DNA of 64,000 bases, from positions 1 to 64,000 of IMG/VR virus record IMGVR_UViG_3300009945_000011. The stretch is one strand, 5' to 3'. The translations under genes and the position numbers were made by a program. The notes beneath the pieces are model-generated. The model did not search any database and had not been told where the DNA came from. It saw only the letters and a list, made by a program, of their open reading frames with translations. Numbering within the stretch: the first letter of the stretch is position 1; each line of letters starts with the position of its first letter. Source of the stretch: a virus. Lineage: Duplodnaviria; Caudoviricetes. This document shows, piece by piece, positions 56,139 through 64,000 of this stretch.

Positions 56139-56321
56139 ATGTGGCGACAGCAGCGTGAAGAACGGGACACTGACAAAAAAAGGTACTCTCGGGAGTCACA
56201 TAAGGAATGTGAGCGCCGTGCCCGAGAGTACCTTGGTCCTATTTCTGAAGATGATTTAGAACACATGGATGAATGCTGTGACTTCGAGGTATTTGAACCA
56301 ATCAGGAAGCGGAAACGTTAG
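56139..56321 (+). CDS. Small hypothetical protein
   Basis: 60 aa ORF directly after the previous gene. Confidence 0.45.
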   Translation: MWRQQREERDTDKKRYSRESHKECERRAREYLGPISEDDLEHMDECCDFEVFEPIRKRKR

Positions 56322-57211
56322 CTCCAAATGCGATTGTATCCGCTCCTGATGTTCGTTTTCGTGATGCGAGCGTACCTTCTTGTCGTCTTTGGGTCTTTAT
56401 GCCGCAGCAGGTCCTGGACAAGTGCTAGGTTACCAGTCTTTTCCAGGGCAAGCGTGGCAAATCCATGCCGAAGCGTGTGTGGCGTAATCTCTGGCGAGAG
56501 ACCAGCTTTCTTCACAGCCTTCGCGAAGACGCGGCTAAATGTGCTGCTGTTGAGTGGCTTGAGACCAACGTGTCTGCTTGCTGGTCCATAGTACCCATAG
56601 AAGACATACTCGCTCTCGTCAAAGATACTGGCGAACTCGCGGAGTTCAGCAAGGACATCTTCTCGGAGTGGTACAAAGTGCTCATCCCCTCCTTTACCAA
56701 CGATGATTATCCCGTCTTCGAGGACGTTTTTCCGCTTCAACGTCAAGGTTTCGTTGAGCCGAAGGCCGCCGTAAAAGAGCAGCTTCGTGACCATGGCGTA
56801 CTTCCATGCGGTATCATCATCTTCAAGAATTTCGTACATAGTCTTGATGATCTTTGTGACATCTTCTTCCGTTACGAGCGGAGGAATCTTTTCTGTGATC
56901 TTGCGGAGACGCACTCCACTCGATGGATCAGCCCGCCTCGTCAGGCCACTCTTCTGGCCCCAGTCGAAGAGCCCGCGTGTTCCAGAAATAATCAAGTTGA
57001 TCGTCTTTGGTGATACCTTATGTTGTTCGGCTGTGATCATGAATCGGTTGAAGTCATCACGCGAAAATTCTGTGATTGGCTTTCCGACAAGGCGCTCAGC
57101 TAGACCAAATACTGAACGATAGGTTTTGATTGTTTTCGTTGTTGCTGCTTGACCAGCGTACGCAAGCCCAAGCTGTTTCGAGCGCAAAAAATCATCAACA
57201 GTGAACTTCAT
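56318..57211 (-). CDS. XerC/D-like tyrosine recombinase
   Basis: GLRLNE (R), GKGG (K), HTLRHGFAT (HxxR), LLRH, TRRYA (Y); GAGG SD. Confidence 0.92.
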   Translation of the reverse strand: MKFTVDDFLRSKQLGLAYAGQAATTKTIKTYRSVFGLAERLVGKPITEFSRDDFNRFMITAEQHKVSPKTINLIISGTRGLFDWGQKSGLTRRADPSSGVRLRKITEKIPPLVTEEDVTKIIKTMYEILEDDDTAWKYAMVTKLLFYGGLRLNETLTLKRKNVLEDGIIIVGKGGDEHFVPLREDVLAELREFASIFDESEYVFYGYYGPASRHVGLKPLNSSTFSRVFAKAVKKAGLSPEITPHTLRHGFATLALEKTGNLALVQDLLRHKDPKTTRRYARITKTNIRSGYNRIWS

Positions 57212-57302
57212 CGTTTCCTCCTTTCACTCGTAGACCATACCCGTTCGTGACGAAGTATAGCGTCCATTGTTGGACGCTGTCAAGACCTGGAGAGACCAAG
57301 CA

Positions 57303-57845
57303 ATGACCTCAACGCGCTGGGACGAACTTTTTGGCCTCGTGGATGTAAGAGGCGACTTTGATGATCCTAGTAGTGCCCCTCGAATCCCCAAGCGTCCTGG
57401 TAGACCGCGTGGACGAAAGACCACGCCGAAGGAATCCATTGATACCACGGAATCGCTTAAGGTTCTTGTGAACCGCATGCAGCCGTTTCTCAACGAGGAG
57501 CAGAAAGAATACTGGAATAATGTCATCAATGGAAAGCAGAATGTTGATTGCCTTGAGGAAATGAAACTTCTCGTACGACAAATCAGTATTATTTTTCACA
57601 AAGTTGCCCTGGAACACTTCTACGAAGGGCGAGTTACCAAAGAACTCAGTGACATTGCCAATACAATGCGCATGAGCATTCGTGACTTGCATGAGATGCA
57701 ACGGCAGGCTGCTGAGGCCGAAGAGAGGAGGAAGGAAAAGGAGCAGAGTAAGACCAATGATCTCATTCGAGTCACCGAGCATGGGTCCGCGATGGAAAGC
57801 CTTGAAACCATTCTTAGAGAATTTCACGTTGGAGCAGCGGCGTGA
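57303..57845 (+). CDS. Probable terminase small subunit
   Basis: Directly precedes and overlaps TerL; basic PKRPGRPRGRK segment and helical body. Confidence 0.5.
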   Translation: MTSTRWDELFGLVDVRGDFDDPSSAPRIPKRPGRPRGRKTTPKESIDTTESLKVLVNRMQPFLNEEQKEYWNNVINGKQNVDCLEEMKLLVRQISIIFHKVALEHFYEGRVTKELSDIANTMRMSIRDLHEMQRQAAEAEERRKEKEQSKTNDLIRVTEHGSAMESLETILREFHVGAAA

Positions 57846-59289
57846 GGTTATTGATCGGCTTTGTCTTGTTTATCCTGTATGGTTCTTCGAGCTTCTTACT
57901 GAAGTTGAGGGAAAGCCATTTATTCTTGAGGATTATCAGATAGCTTATCTTCTTGACGAATCGCAATTCAAGATCACAAATAAAACGAGGCAAGCTGGGG
58001 CGTCATTAATCGTAGCCGCCGCGAAGTTCTGGAAAGCGTACCGAAACGAGTATTACCGATGCGATATCGTGTCTATCAGCAAGAAGGAAGCTCAAAGCAA
58101 GATCACGTATATCTATGGCTTGTGGGATTCCTTGCCAAAACGATGGAAACACCCATTGACCGTGAACAACCAGTTTTCCATTGGTTTTCATGAAGGTTCT
58201 CGGCAGAGCATTATCAATTCGATGGCCGCTTCCTCAAGCATTCGTGGTGGCAAGAAGGACCTGGTTATTGATGAGGCAGCACATATCAAAAACATGGACC
58301 GCATCTTTGTGGCTGCTCTCCCTGCCACAATTCGTGGTCATGGGTGTTTTGACATCATCTCGACGCCGCTTGGCCAGCGTGGAAAGTTCTGGGAAATCTT
58401 CTCGAATCAGGACCGTCTCTATGATGAGTGGTCACGGCACCAGTTTGTCTGGTTCGACGTGAGCTTCTTCTGTACTAACAAGTACGAGGCAAGGCGGGTT
58501 TGGGAAGAAGAGTACCAGCAGAACTGGGCGTTCATGCCAGAGCTTGTTGAACGATTTGGGTCTGAGCGTCTAAAGCAGTACGCCAGGACGATGACGAACG
58601 AAGAATTTGAGCAGGAGTTCTGTGGTCGGTTCGTTGACGAGTCACAAGCCTTCTTCCCGTGGGAATTGATCCTTGCATGCCAAAAACATGACGAGAAACA
58701 GTCTGAAGAAGATGATGAATATTATGAGAAGTGGCTTCAAGGAAGACCTGAGCACAATGATAATCCCGTCTACATTGGTATTGACTTTGCTGAGGGCAAG
58801 AAAGGTGGAGATAGTACCTCGATTCAGGTATTCGAGCGAATGAGTGACGGTACACTGGTTCATCGCTTTTATGCCGATCTTGGTCATGAATCTGGTTATC
58901 GAGACTTTGACTCCCAGCTTGCCTATATCAACGACCTAATTCGACGGATGCGTCCCCAGGCTGTCCGCGTTGACGAAACTGGCCTGGGGCGCAAGCTTTC
59001 TGCCGACCTTCGGTCAGTTCATGGTAGTTTGATTGAACCGATCACGTTTACCAACCAGAATAAAGAGGAGATGGCTCTTAATGTCAAGGGCCTAATGGAA
59101 CGTGGAAAGCTTGTTTTGCAGAAAGATAATCGCAGGCTCGCCGCCCAAATTCACAATATCAAGAGGGAAATCACTCCTTCTGGCAACATCCGTTATAGCG
59201 GTGAGCCGCATGACGACATGTTCTGGGCGCTCGCGCTTGCATGCAAGGGCCAGAACAAGCCAATCTTTCGTATTTTTACCCTGGATTAG
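57757..59289 (+). CDS. terL: Terminase large subunit (start uncertain)
   Basis: KTRQAGAS (Walker A), LVIDEAAH (Walker B), STP, IGIDFA, DETGLG, HDDMFWALALA. Confidence 0.92.
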   Translation: MISFESPSMGPRWKALKPFLENFTLEQRREVIDRLCLVYPVWFFELLTEVEGKPFILEDYQIAYLLDESQFKITNKTRQAGASLIVAAAKFWKAYRNEYYRCDIVSISKKEAQSKITYIYGLWDSLPKRWKHPLTVNNQFSIGFHEGSRQSIINSMAASSSIRGGKKDLVIDEAAHIKNMDRIFVAALPATIRGHGCFDIISTPLGQRGKFWEIFSNQDRLYDEWSRHQFVWFDVSFFCTNKYEARRVWEEEYQQNWAFMPELVERFGSERLKQYARTMTNEEFEQEFCGRFVDESQAFFPWELILACQKHDEKQSEEDDEYYEKWLQGRPEHNDNPVYIGIDFAEGKKGGDSTSIQVFERMSDGTLVHRFYADLGHESGYRDFDSQLAYINDLIRRMRPQAVRVDETGLGRKLSADLRSVHGSLIEPITFTNQNKEEMALNVKGLMERGKLVLQKDNRRLAAQIHNIKREITPSGNIRYSGEPHDDMFWALALACKGQNKPIFRIFTLD

Positions 59290-59298
59290 AGGTTGCCT

Positions 59299-60888
59299 AT
59301 GCAAGAGCAGCAAGAGCATCCAGTGCTTTATTTACCAGATGGCCGTGTGCACAAGGCTGCCTCTGAGGATGCGTCACAGCGCTCGTCATTCGGTCCCTTT
59401 GTGCTCTTTCGTGATGACTTGTATGGAGCACAGCCAAAAGTGGCCGACTGGGCGTTGTACCTTGGCATGTATAAACAGCATCCGTATGTGAAGGCAGCGA
59501 TTGATAAACTCGTCAAGGTTTGCACAAACACTGGGTTCGACTTTGTTCCTCGCGACTCCCGATCTGTTGTCCGCGACGATGAGTACCGCAAGGCACGGGA
59601 ATTCTTTGATAAGCAGCCAGATTTTCTGGGCGAGTTGCGAAGAATCTACCGTGACCTGCTGATCTTTGGTGATGCGTATCTCTACATTGTTCCTGACCGC
59701 AAGCGGAGGCCAGCAAGAGTTAAGCGCCTTGCTCCCTGGTCAATTCATATCAAGCCAAAACCGAATGGCGACCCAGAATACTTCGTCCAAAGCGATCCTT
59801 TTAACCCCAGCGGAGAGTCAGTCAAATTTTTTGAACATGAAATTATTCACTTCAAGATCGATAACCCTGGTGACGATGTATATGGCCTCTCACCACTCGA
59901 AGCACTAAAGAATACCGTTGCTACTGACCTGTTTGCCATGACTTTCAATAAGAACTTCTTCAAGAATGGGGCAAGCACAGGTACGATCATCGTTATTGAG
60001 GAGGCCACTGAGGAAGACATTGAGCGCAACCGCCGCTGGATTCAAGAATCCTATGTTGGCACTGATAACGCGCATAAGCCCATTCTCATTGCTGGTAAGG
60101 TGCGTGTTGAACGCGGCATTGCCACGCACTCTGACATGAGCTTTCTTGAAGGCCGTGAACGAATTAAGCAAGAGATTCTTGCTGTTATTGATGTGCCGCC
60201 AGCGAAGATCGGTGACATGGAGACGGCTAATCGCTCCAACTCGAAAGAGCAGGACAAGTCGTTCCGATCTGAGAGTGTGAGCCCGCTCCAGCGTATCTTT
60301 GAGTCTAAGTTCAATGATCATTTCATTCGTGGCATTCTTGGGCTGAAGGATACAGTCTTCAAGCACTCTGAGGCCGATGTTCGTGATGCCCTTGAACTCG
60401 CTGATCTCAACGGACGCTACCTTGATCGCGGCGTCTTGACCATTGATGAGGTGCGGGCCACGCTAGGTAAAGGTCCCGTTGATGGCGGCAATATTCCGAC
60501 GATCATGACGCCAACGGGTGCGGTTCCTGTTGACCGCTTGAATCTCTACTTCCGATTACCGCAAGTCAACTATCCAGATGTTCCTCCTGTTCCAGAAGAC
60601 CCACCACAGGGGGAAAGGGTACCACCGAGCCGAGAGCAGGCGGTAACGGTTGAGCGAGCGTCACTTTCCGCTGCCGTGGATTACTTGCAAAAAGCCACGC
60701 AGCCGTCACTACGGCAAGCCTATGCGTTTATTCATGATGTGGCTGAGTCAGGAAGCAACTGGTTGATTGACAATGCAATGATGGCCGTGAAAAAAGCACT
60801 TGACACTAGTGATGTTCACTTGAAGCAGGCGTACGCGGAACGAGCGCTTGCCTATATCACGCAGTTACTGAGAGAGGGCGACGTATGA
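59299..60888 (+). CDS. Portal protein
   Basis: IFGDAY, EIIHFK...YGLSPL, FFKNGA, VPPAKIG, LTIDEVR..LG. Confidence 0.9.
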   Translation: MQEQQEHPVLYLPDGRVHKAASEDASQRSSFGPFVLFRDDLYGAQPKVADWALYLGMYKQHPYVKAAIDKLVKVCTNTGFDFVPRDSRSVVRDDEYRKAREFFDKQPDFLGELRRIYRDLLIFGDAYLYIVPDRKRRPARVKRLAPWSIHIKPKPNGDPEYFVQSDPFNPSGESVKFFEHEIIHFKIDNPGDDVYGLSPLEALKNTVATDLFAMTFNKNFFKNGASTGTIIVIEEATEEDIERNRRWIQESYVGTDNAHKPILIAGKVRVERGIATHSDMSFLEGRERIKQEILAVIDVPPAKIGDMETANRSNSKEQDKSFRSESVSPLQRIFESKFNDHFIRGILGLKDTVFKHSEADVRDALELADLNGRYLDRGVLTIDEVRATLGKGPVDGGNIPTIMTPTGAVPVDRLNLYFRLPQVNYPDVPPVPEDPPQGERVPPSREQAVTVERASLSAAVDYLQKATQPSLRQAYAFIHDVAESGSNWLIDNAMMAVKKALDTSDVHLKQAYAERALAYITQLLREGDV

Positions 60889-62258
60889 CGCACAAGAACT
60901 TCAAGATCACGATGCCGATTGCGAAGGCATATCAAGAAACCGTTGATGGCATCACGAAACGGTATATTCATGGTATCGCGAGCGGAACCAATATTGATTT
61001 AGATCGGGAACGTATGGCAAACAGTGCCATTGAAGCCATGCAGAGAGCGATCAAGCAAGGCATTTATCTTCGCGATGGCACCTGGTCTCTTGTTCCACTG
61101 CGTGTCGGGCATCGCGATGAGTTTACCGATATCATTGGCTGGCTGGTGGACGCCTTTATTGATGAACACTACAACCTTCATGTCATCGCTGAGCTTGATG
61201 AGTCTAATCCTCATGCGGATATGCTCTATCGAAAATTAACTGTTCCTTCAGAAAATGGACGTATCGTTAAATTGGGGATGAGCGTTGGCGGAACAGTGCT
61301 CGACGCCGCGTTTGAGTGGAACGACTTCCTGGGAGAATTTATTGTCGTGTTCAATAACATTGCGTTGAAGGAGGTTAGTATTGTCAGCCAGCCCGCAAAT
61401 CCGATCACATATGTAGAGGCTTTACAAAAGAGTTTGGATAAATCGCAAATCGCGATGGAGCAACGGGAAGGAAAGAATATGGAGAGCGACGGTGTGTTTG
61501 AGGAAGCTCAGAATCCAGAGATCGTTGAAAAGGCAGGACCTGATGCCATGCCGATGATCGAAGATGAGCAGGAGCCGCCGCTGTCTAGTTTTTCGCAGGT
61601 CGTGTTAAATTTTATCCAAGACATGATTACAACCTGCGAACAGCAGGTTTCCGCGTGTAGTGAACTTATTGCCTATCCATTCACGGAACCAGGAGAGTAT
61701 CAGGAAGTCATTGACACGGCAAAAACGTTGATGGAATCTCGCTCTGAAGAGCTTCAACAGTGGCGAAGCTACATGGCGAGATTGTTTCCGAATATTGAAG
61801 ATACAAGGGTAAAGTCTATGGAAGATGTCATTGACGTGAAGAAGGATATTGACGCGATTTCTGAAGCGTTGCGGTCACTGCAAGATACCGTTAGTGGTCT
61901 AACGGACCTCGTCAAGTCTCTTGCTGAGCGTCACGTGGAAGCCCCTCGGCAAGATGAAGCATCTGACGCCGTGGAGAAGGCTCGCGTAGCTGAGCAGGAA
62001 GCTGAAGAGAAACCCGTGCTGACGATTGACGCCCTTGCGGAGATTATGCGCCAGGAAATCGCGAAGGCAACCTCGCCATTGCTTGAGCGAATCCAGGAAC
62101 TTGAGGAGCAGCCGATTGATAAGTCGATCGCGGTTCGTGTTCCCGATACTGACCTGGTCAACGAGAATCCGATCGAGAAGTTCCAGCGCATGAGCAGCGG
62201 GCTATCTGGAACCGAAGTTCTACGTAAAGCCATCGAGGTTGCGTATCTAGGTAACTAA
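60885..62258 (+). CDS. Prohead protease fused to scaffold-like region
   Basis: GIASG...DLDRERM, H, GMSVGG, EVSIV..PANP; coiled-coil acidic C-terminal half. Confidence 0.85.
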   Translation: MTHKNFKITMPIAKAYQETVDGITKRYIHGIASGTNIDLDRERMANSAIEAMQRAIKQGIYLRDGTWSLVPLRVGHRDEFTDIIGWLVDAFIDEHYNLHVIAELDESNPHADMLYRKLTVPSENGRIVKLGMSVGGTVLDAAFEWNDFLGEFIVVFNNIALKEVSIVSQPANPITYVEALQKSLDKSQIAMEQREGKNMESDGVFEEAQNPEIVEKAGPDAMPMIEDEQEPPLSSFSQVVLNFIQDMITTCEQQVSACSELIAYPFTEPGEYQEVIDTAKTLMESRSEELQQWRSYMARLFPNIEDTRVKSMEDVIDVKKDIDAISEALRSLQDTVSGLTDLVKSLAERHVEAPRQDEASDAVEKARVAEQEAEEKPVLTIDALAEIMRQEIAKATSPLLERIQELEEQPIDKSIAVRVPDTDLVNENPIEKFQRMSSGLSGTEVLRKAIEVAYLGN

Positions 62259-62282
62259 CTCTGGTATAAGGAGTATTTATAC

Positions 62283-63161
62283 ATGGACCAGATTAATTTT
62301 GATTTGAAGAAAGCTCTTGATACCTCTGTTACTTCTACTGGTGCTGACTTGATTCCAGAGGTTGTCAGCGAGGGACTACGCAAATTTGTTGTGACGCTTT
62401 CGCCTGTATATGCCGTTTTGCCGAAGAAGATGTGGCCGTCGAACGCTTACATGTACCGTGAGGTTAATGCGCTTGCTTCTGCTACGTTTGCGGCTGACGG
62501 CGCGGCATTGCCATCCGCTTCTACTGGAACTTATGACGAGAAGGTCATCAATGTCAAGTATGTGTATTCTCGCGGCGAAGTTACTGGCCCGCTGATCAAG
62601 GCCGCTCAGTCCTTCATTGATGTCCTTCAGGCTGAGATCGAGCTTCATGCAAACGCGATCGTTCGCCAGGTTGAGCAACGGATTCTGACTGGCGACTCTA
62701 CCATGAACTCCGCCGAGTTTGATGGATTCGTCAAGCAGATTACGCTCTCGAAGGATGCTGCGAATGCTCAGCTTTCGCTCGCCCTGCTCGATGAGATGCT
62801 TGACCTGCCTATCTCCTACCCGACGCACCTGATTATGACGAGGCCGATGGGACGGCGGCTCTGGGCAATTATGCAGGCCCAGCAGCGGTTCATTAGCGAG
62901 GTTGATATTGCTGGTGGATTCCGTGTTTCGACCTACAACGGGTTGCCAGTTATCCGCGTGGACAACGCGATCACTGGGTTGACCAATATCGTCCTTGCAC
63001 CAGACATGCGCTGGTCCTCACTCATTATCAATCAGGATATCACGTATGAACCGCTGGCGAAGTCGAAAGACTCCGTGGATTTCATGCTGAAGATGTACTG
63101 TGCTCTTGCTGTCGAGGGTACCAACATCTTCCACGCGAAGCTGATTAACGTTAACCCGTAA
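62283..63161 (+). CDS. Major capsid protein (HK97 fold)
   Basis: Follows protease; TG..LIPE, E.RILTGD...EFDG, YNGLPVI; strong SD. Confidence 0.88.
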   Translation: MDQINFDLKKALDTSVTSTGADLIPEVVSEGLRKFVVTLSPVYAVLPKKMWPSNAYMYREVNALASATFAADGAALPSASTGTYDEKVINVKYVYSRGEVTGPLIKAAQSFIDVLQAEIELHANAIVRQVEQRILTGDSTMNSAEFDGFVKQITLSKDAANAQLSLALLDEMLDLPISYPTHLIMTRPMGRRLWAIMQAQQRFISEVDIAGGFRVSTYNGLPVIRVDNAITGLTNIVLAPDMRWSSLIINQDITYEPLAKSKDSVDFMLKMYCALAVEGTNIFHAKLINVNP

Positions 63162-63170
63162 TACCCACCT

Positions 63171-63196
63171 AGGGGCGGCCACAGAAGGCCGCCCCT
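63171..63196 (+). terminator. GC-rich hairpin after the capsid gene
   Basis: AGGGGCGGCC-ACAGAA-GGCCGCCCCT; short U-tract, so possibly leaky. Confidence 0.55.
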
Positions 63197-63212
63197 TGTC
63201 CTGGAGGAGTCT

Positions 63213-63398
63213 ATGGCTGTCATTACTGTTCACCAGAGCACTCCTGGTGATGACTTTGAACTTCTCGTTGAGAAGTATAATAATCTTGTGACGAAGTTTA
63301 ATCAGCTTCTTGCTAAGCTCGACGCCGATGCTGGTGTTGCTGATACGAATTATGCGAGCACGCTTGGTGGACATGATACGATTCAACTGGGGTATTAG
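63213..63398 (+). CDS. Small head-associated protein (putative)
   Basis: GGAGGAG SD; 'KYNNLVTKFNQLLAKLD' motif. Confidence 0.6.
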   Translation: MAVITVHQSTPGDDFELLVEKYNNLVTKFNQLLAKLDADAGVADTNYASTLGGHDTIQLGY

Positions 63399-63401
63399 TC
63401 T

Positions 63402-63626
63402 ATGGTGTTGTTTGTGGCTCCAACTCGTGTTGATCCTGACACGGAATGGGAGGAATACTTTTACCACACCTCGGTTCGCGTACGCGGCGGTTATGTCGAA
63501 ACGGATGATCCGCTCGTAATCGAAGGGTTGCTATCCCGCTTCTACGATATCGTGGATCAACCGAAAAAGACAAGGAAGCGGGAAGAGGGTGTGGCTGCTG
63601 GTGCTGGGGAGCCTGGTACGAAATAA
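63402..63626 (+). CDS. Small hypothetical structural-region protein
   Basis: ORF between capsid and connector genes. Confidence 0.55.
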   Translation: MVLFVAPTRVDPDTEWEEYFYHTSVRVRGGYVETDDPLVIEGLLSRFYDIVDQPKKTRKREEGVAAGAGEPGTK

Positions 63627-63634
63627 GGTGATAT

Positions 63635-64000
63635 ATGCCGTCGCCAACACTCATTACTGAGCAAGAATTTCGTGCTTCTCGATATGGCCAGATTGCGGAA
63701 CAGATCGAGGGACGGTTATCCGATATTATTGTTCAAGCAGAATCGCATATTGAGAGCCTACTGAACCGCAAGATCGCTGAAAGTACGTATCAGGAAATCG
63801 TCCGTCCTAAGTCCGATGCTATCTTCTTGCGTAACTGGCCGATTACTCAAATTACCAGTATCGAGAAACGAAAGAATTACCAGGATACCTGGACCACGGT
63901 TCCACTGAGTAATTTTGAGCTTGATTTTAACGGCAAGACTGGGGTTGTCTTGTGTCTATCCGATGATATTGCTGACTATGAGGTCAGAGTTACGTACAAG
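63635..64000 (+). CDS. Head-tail connector protein (3'-truncated)
   Basis: AAGGTG SD; MPSPTLITEQEF...QAESHIESLLNR...LRNWPITQITSI, gp6-like pattern. Confidence 0.7.
   Translation, partial: MPSPTLITEQEFRASRYGQIAEQIEGRLSDIIVQAESHIESLLNRKIAESTYQEIVRPKSDAIFLRNWPITQITSIEKRKNYQDTWTTVPLSNFELDFNGKTGVVLCLSDDIADYEVRVTYK

Noticed and set aside
57757-57845. Programmed frameshift fusing TerS and TerL
   Set aside because: The ~90-nt overlap is explained by an in-frame ATG for TerL (57757 or 57781), and I found no clear slippery heptamer.
1-64000. Genome-wide stop-codon reassignment (TGA=Gly/Trp or TAG=Gln) suggested by in-frame stops
   Set aside because: The three internal stops use three different codons (TGA, TAG, TAA). 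Many intact genes end in TGA with ATGA overlaps (e.g. 7916/7919, 21242/21245, 25765/25768) or in TAG, and coding density is already high under code 11.
1-64000. Diversity-generating retroelement, retron or group I/II intron
   Set aside because: No reverse transcriptase motifs, no template/variable repeat pair, and no interrupted conserved genes other than the PolA intein and single point stops.

Overview
The whole 64 kb is one tailed dsDNA bacteriophage (HK97-fold capsid, probably siphovirus-like and temperate). No host chromosomal genes or prophage junction are visible. Layout: + strand end of the tail module and lysis cassette (1-3940); then a ~46 kb leftward block (4063-50091). That block holds a large serine integrase, T4-Rnl1-like RNA ligase and SNase, ThyX, a DNA MTase with an in-frame TGA, a GNAT plus TGT-like putative modification pair, class II RNR, SSB, Cas4-like nuclease, thioredoxin, AEP primase, intein-containing family A polymerase, two dNMP kinases, DnaB and a Rad52-like SSAP. 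It continues through an AT-rich origin-like region (~31.4-32.4 kb) and a long early region of small genes driven by four related sigma70 promoters. A divergence point at ~50.3-50.8 kb leads to a rightward block: secreted subtilase, fibre/BppU-like proteins, HNH, an antisense tyrosine recombinase, terminase, portal, prohead protease, major capsid and head-completion genes. The most striking unexplained signals are non-coding: a 54-nt anticodon-less tRNA mimic ending in CCA (47680-47733), a 14-bp palindrome found 7 times and mostly just upstream of gene starts, a covarying hairpin family, and an SD-sequestering multibranch leader. All protein family calls come from motif recognition by eye, not database searches. 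A monoderm host (possibly Chloroflexota/Thermomicrobia) is a tentative inference from the lysin.
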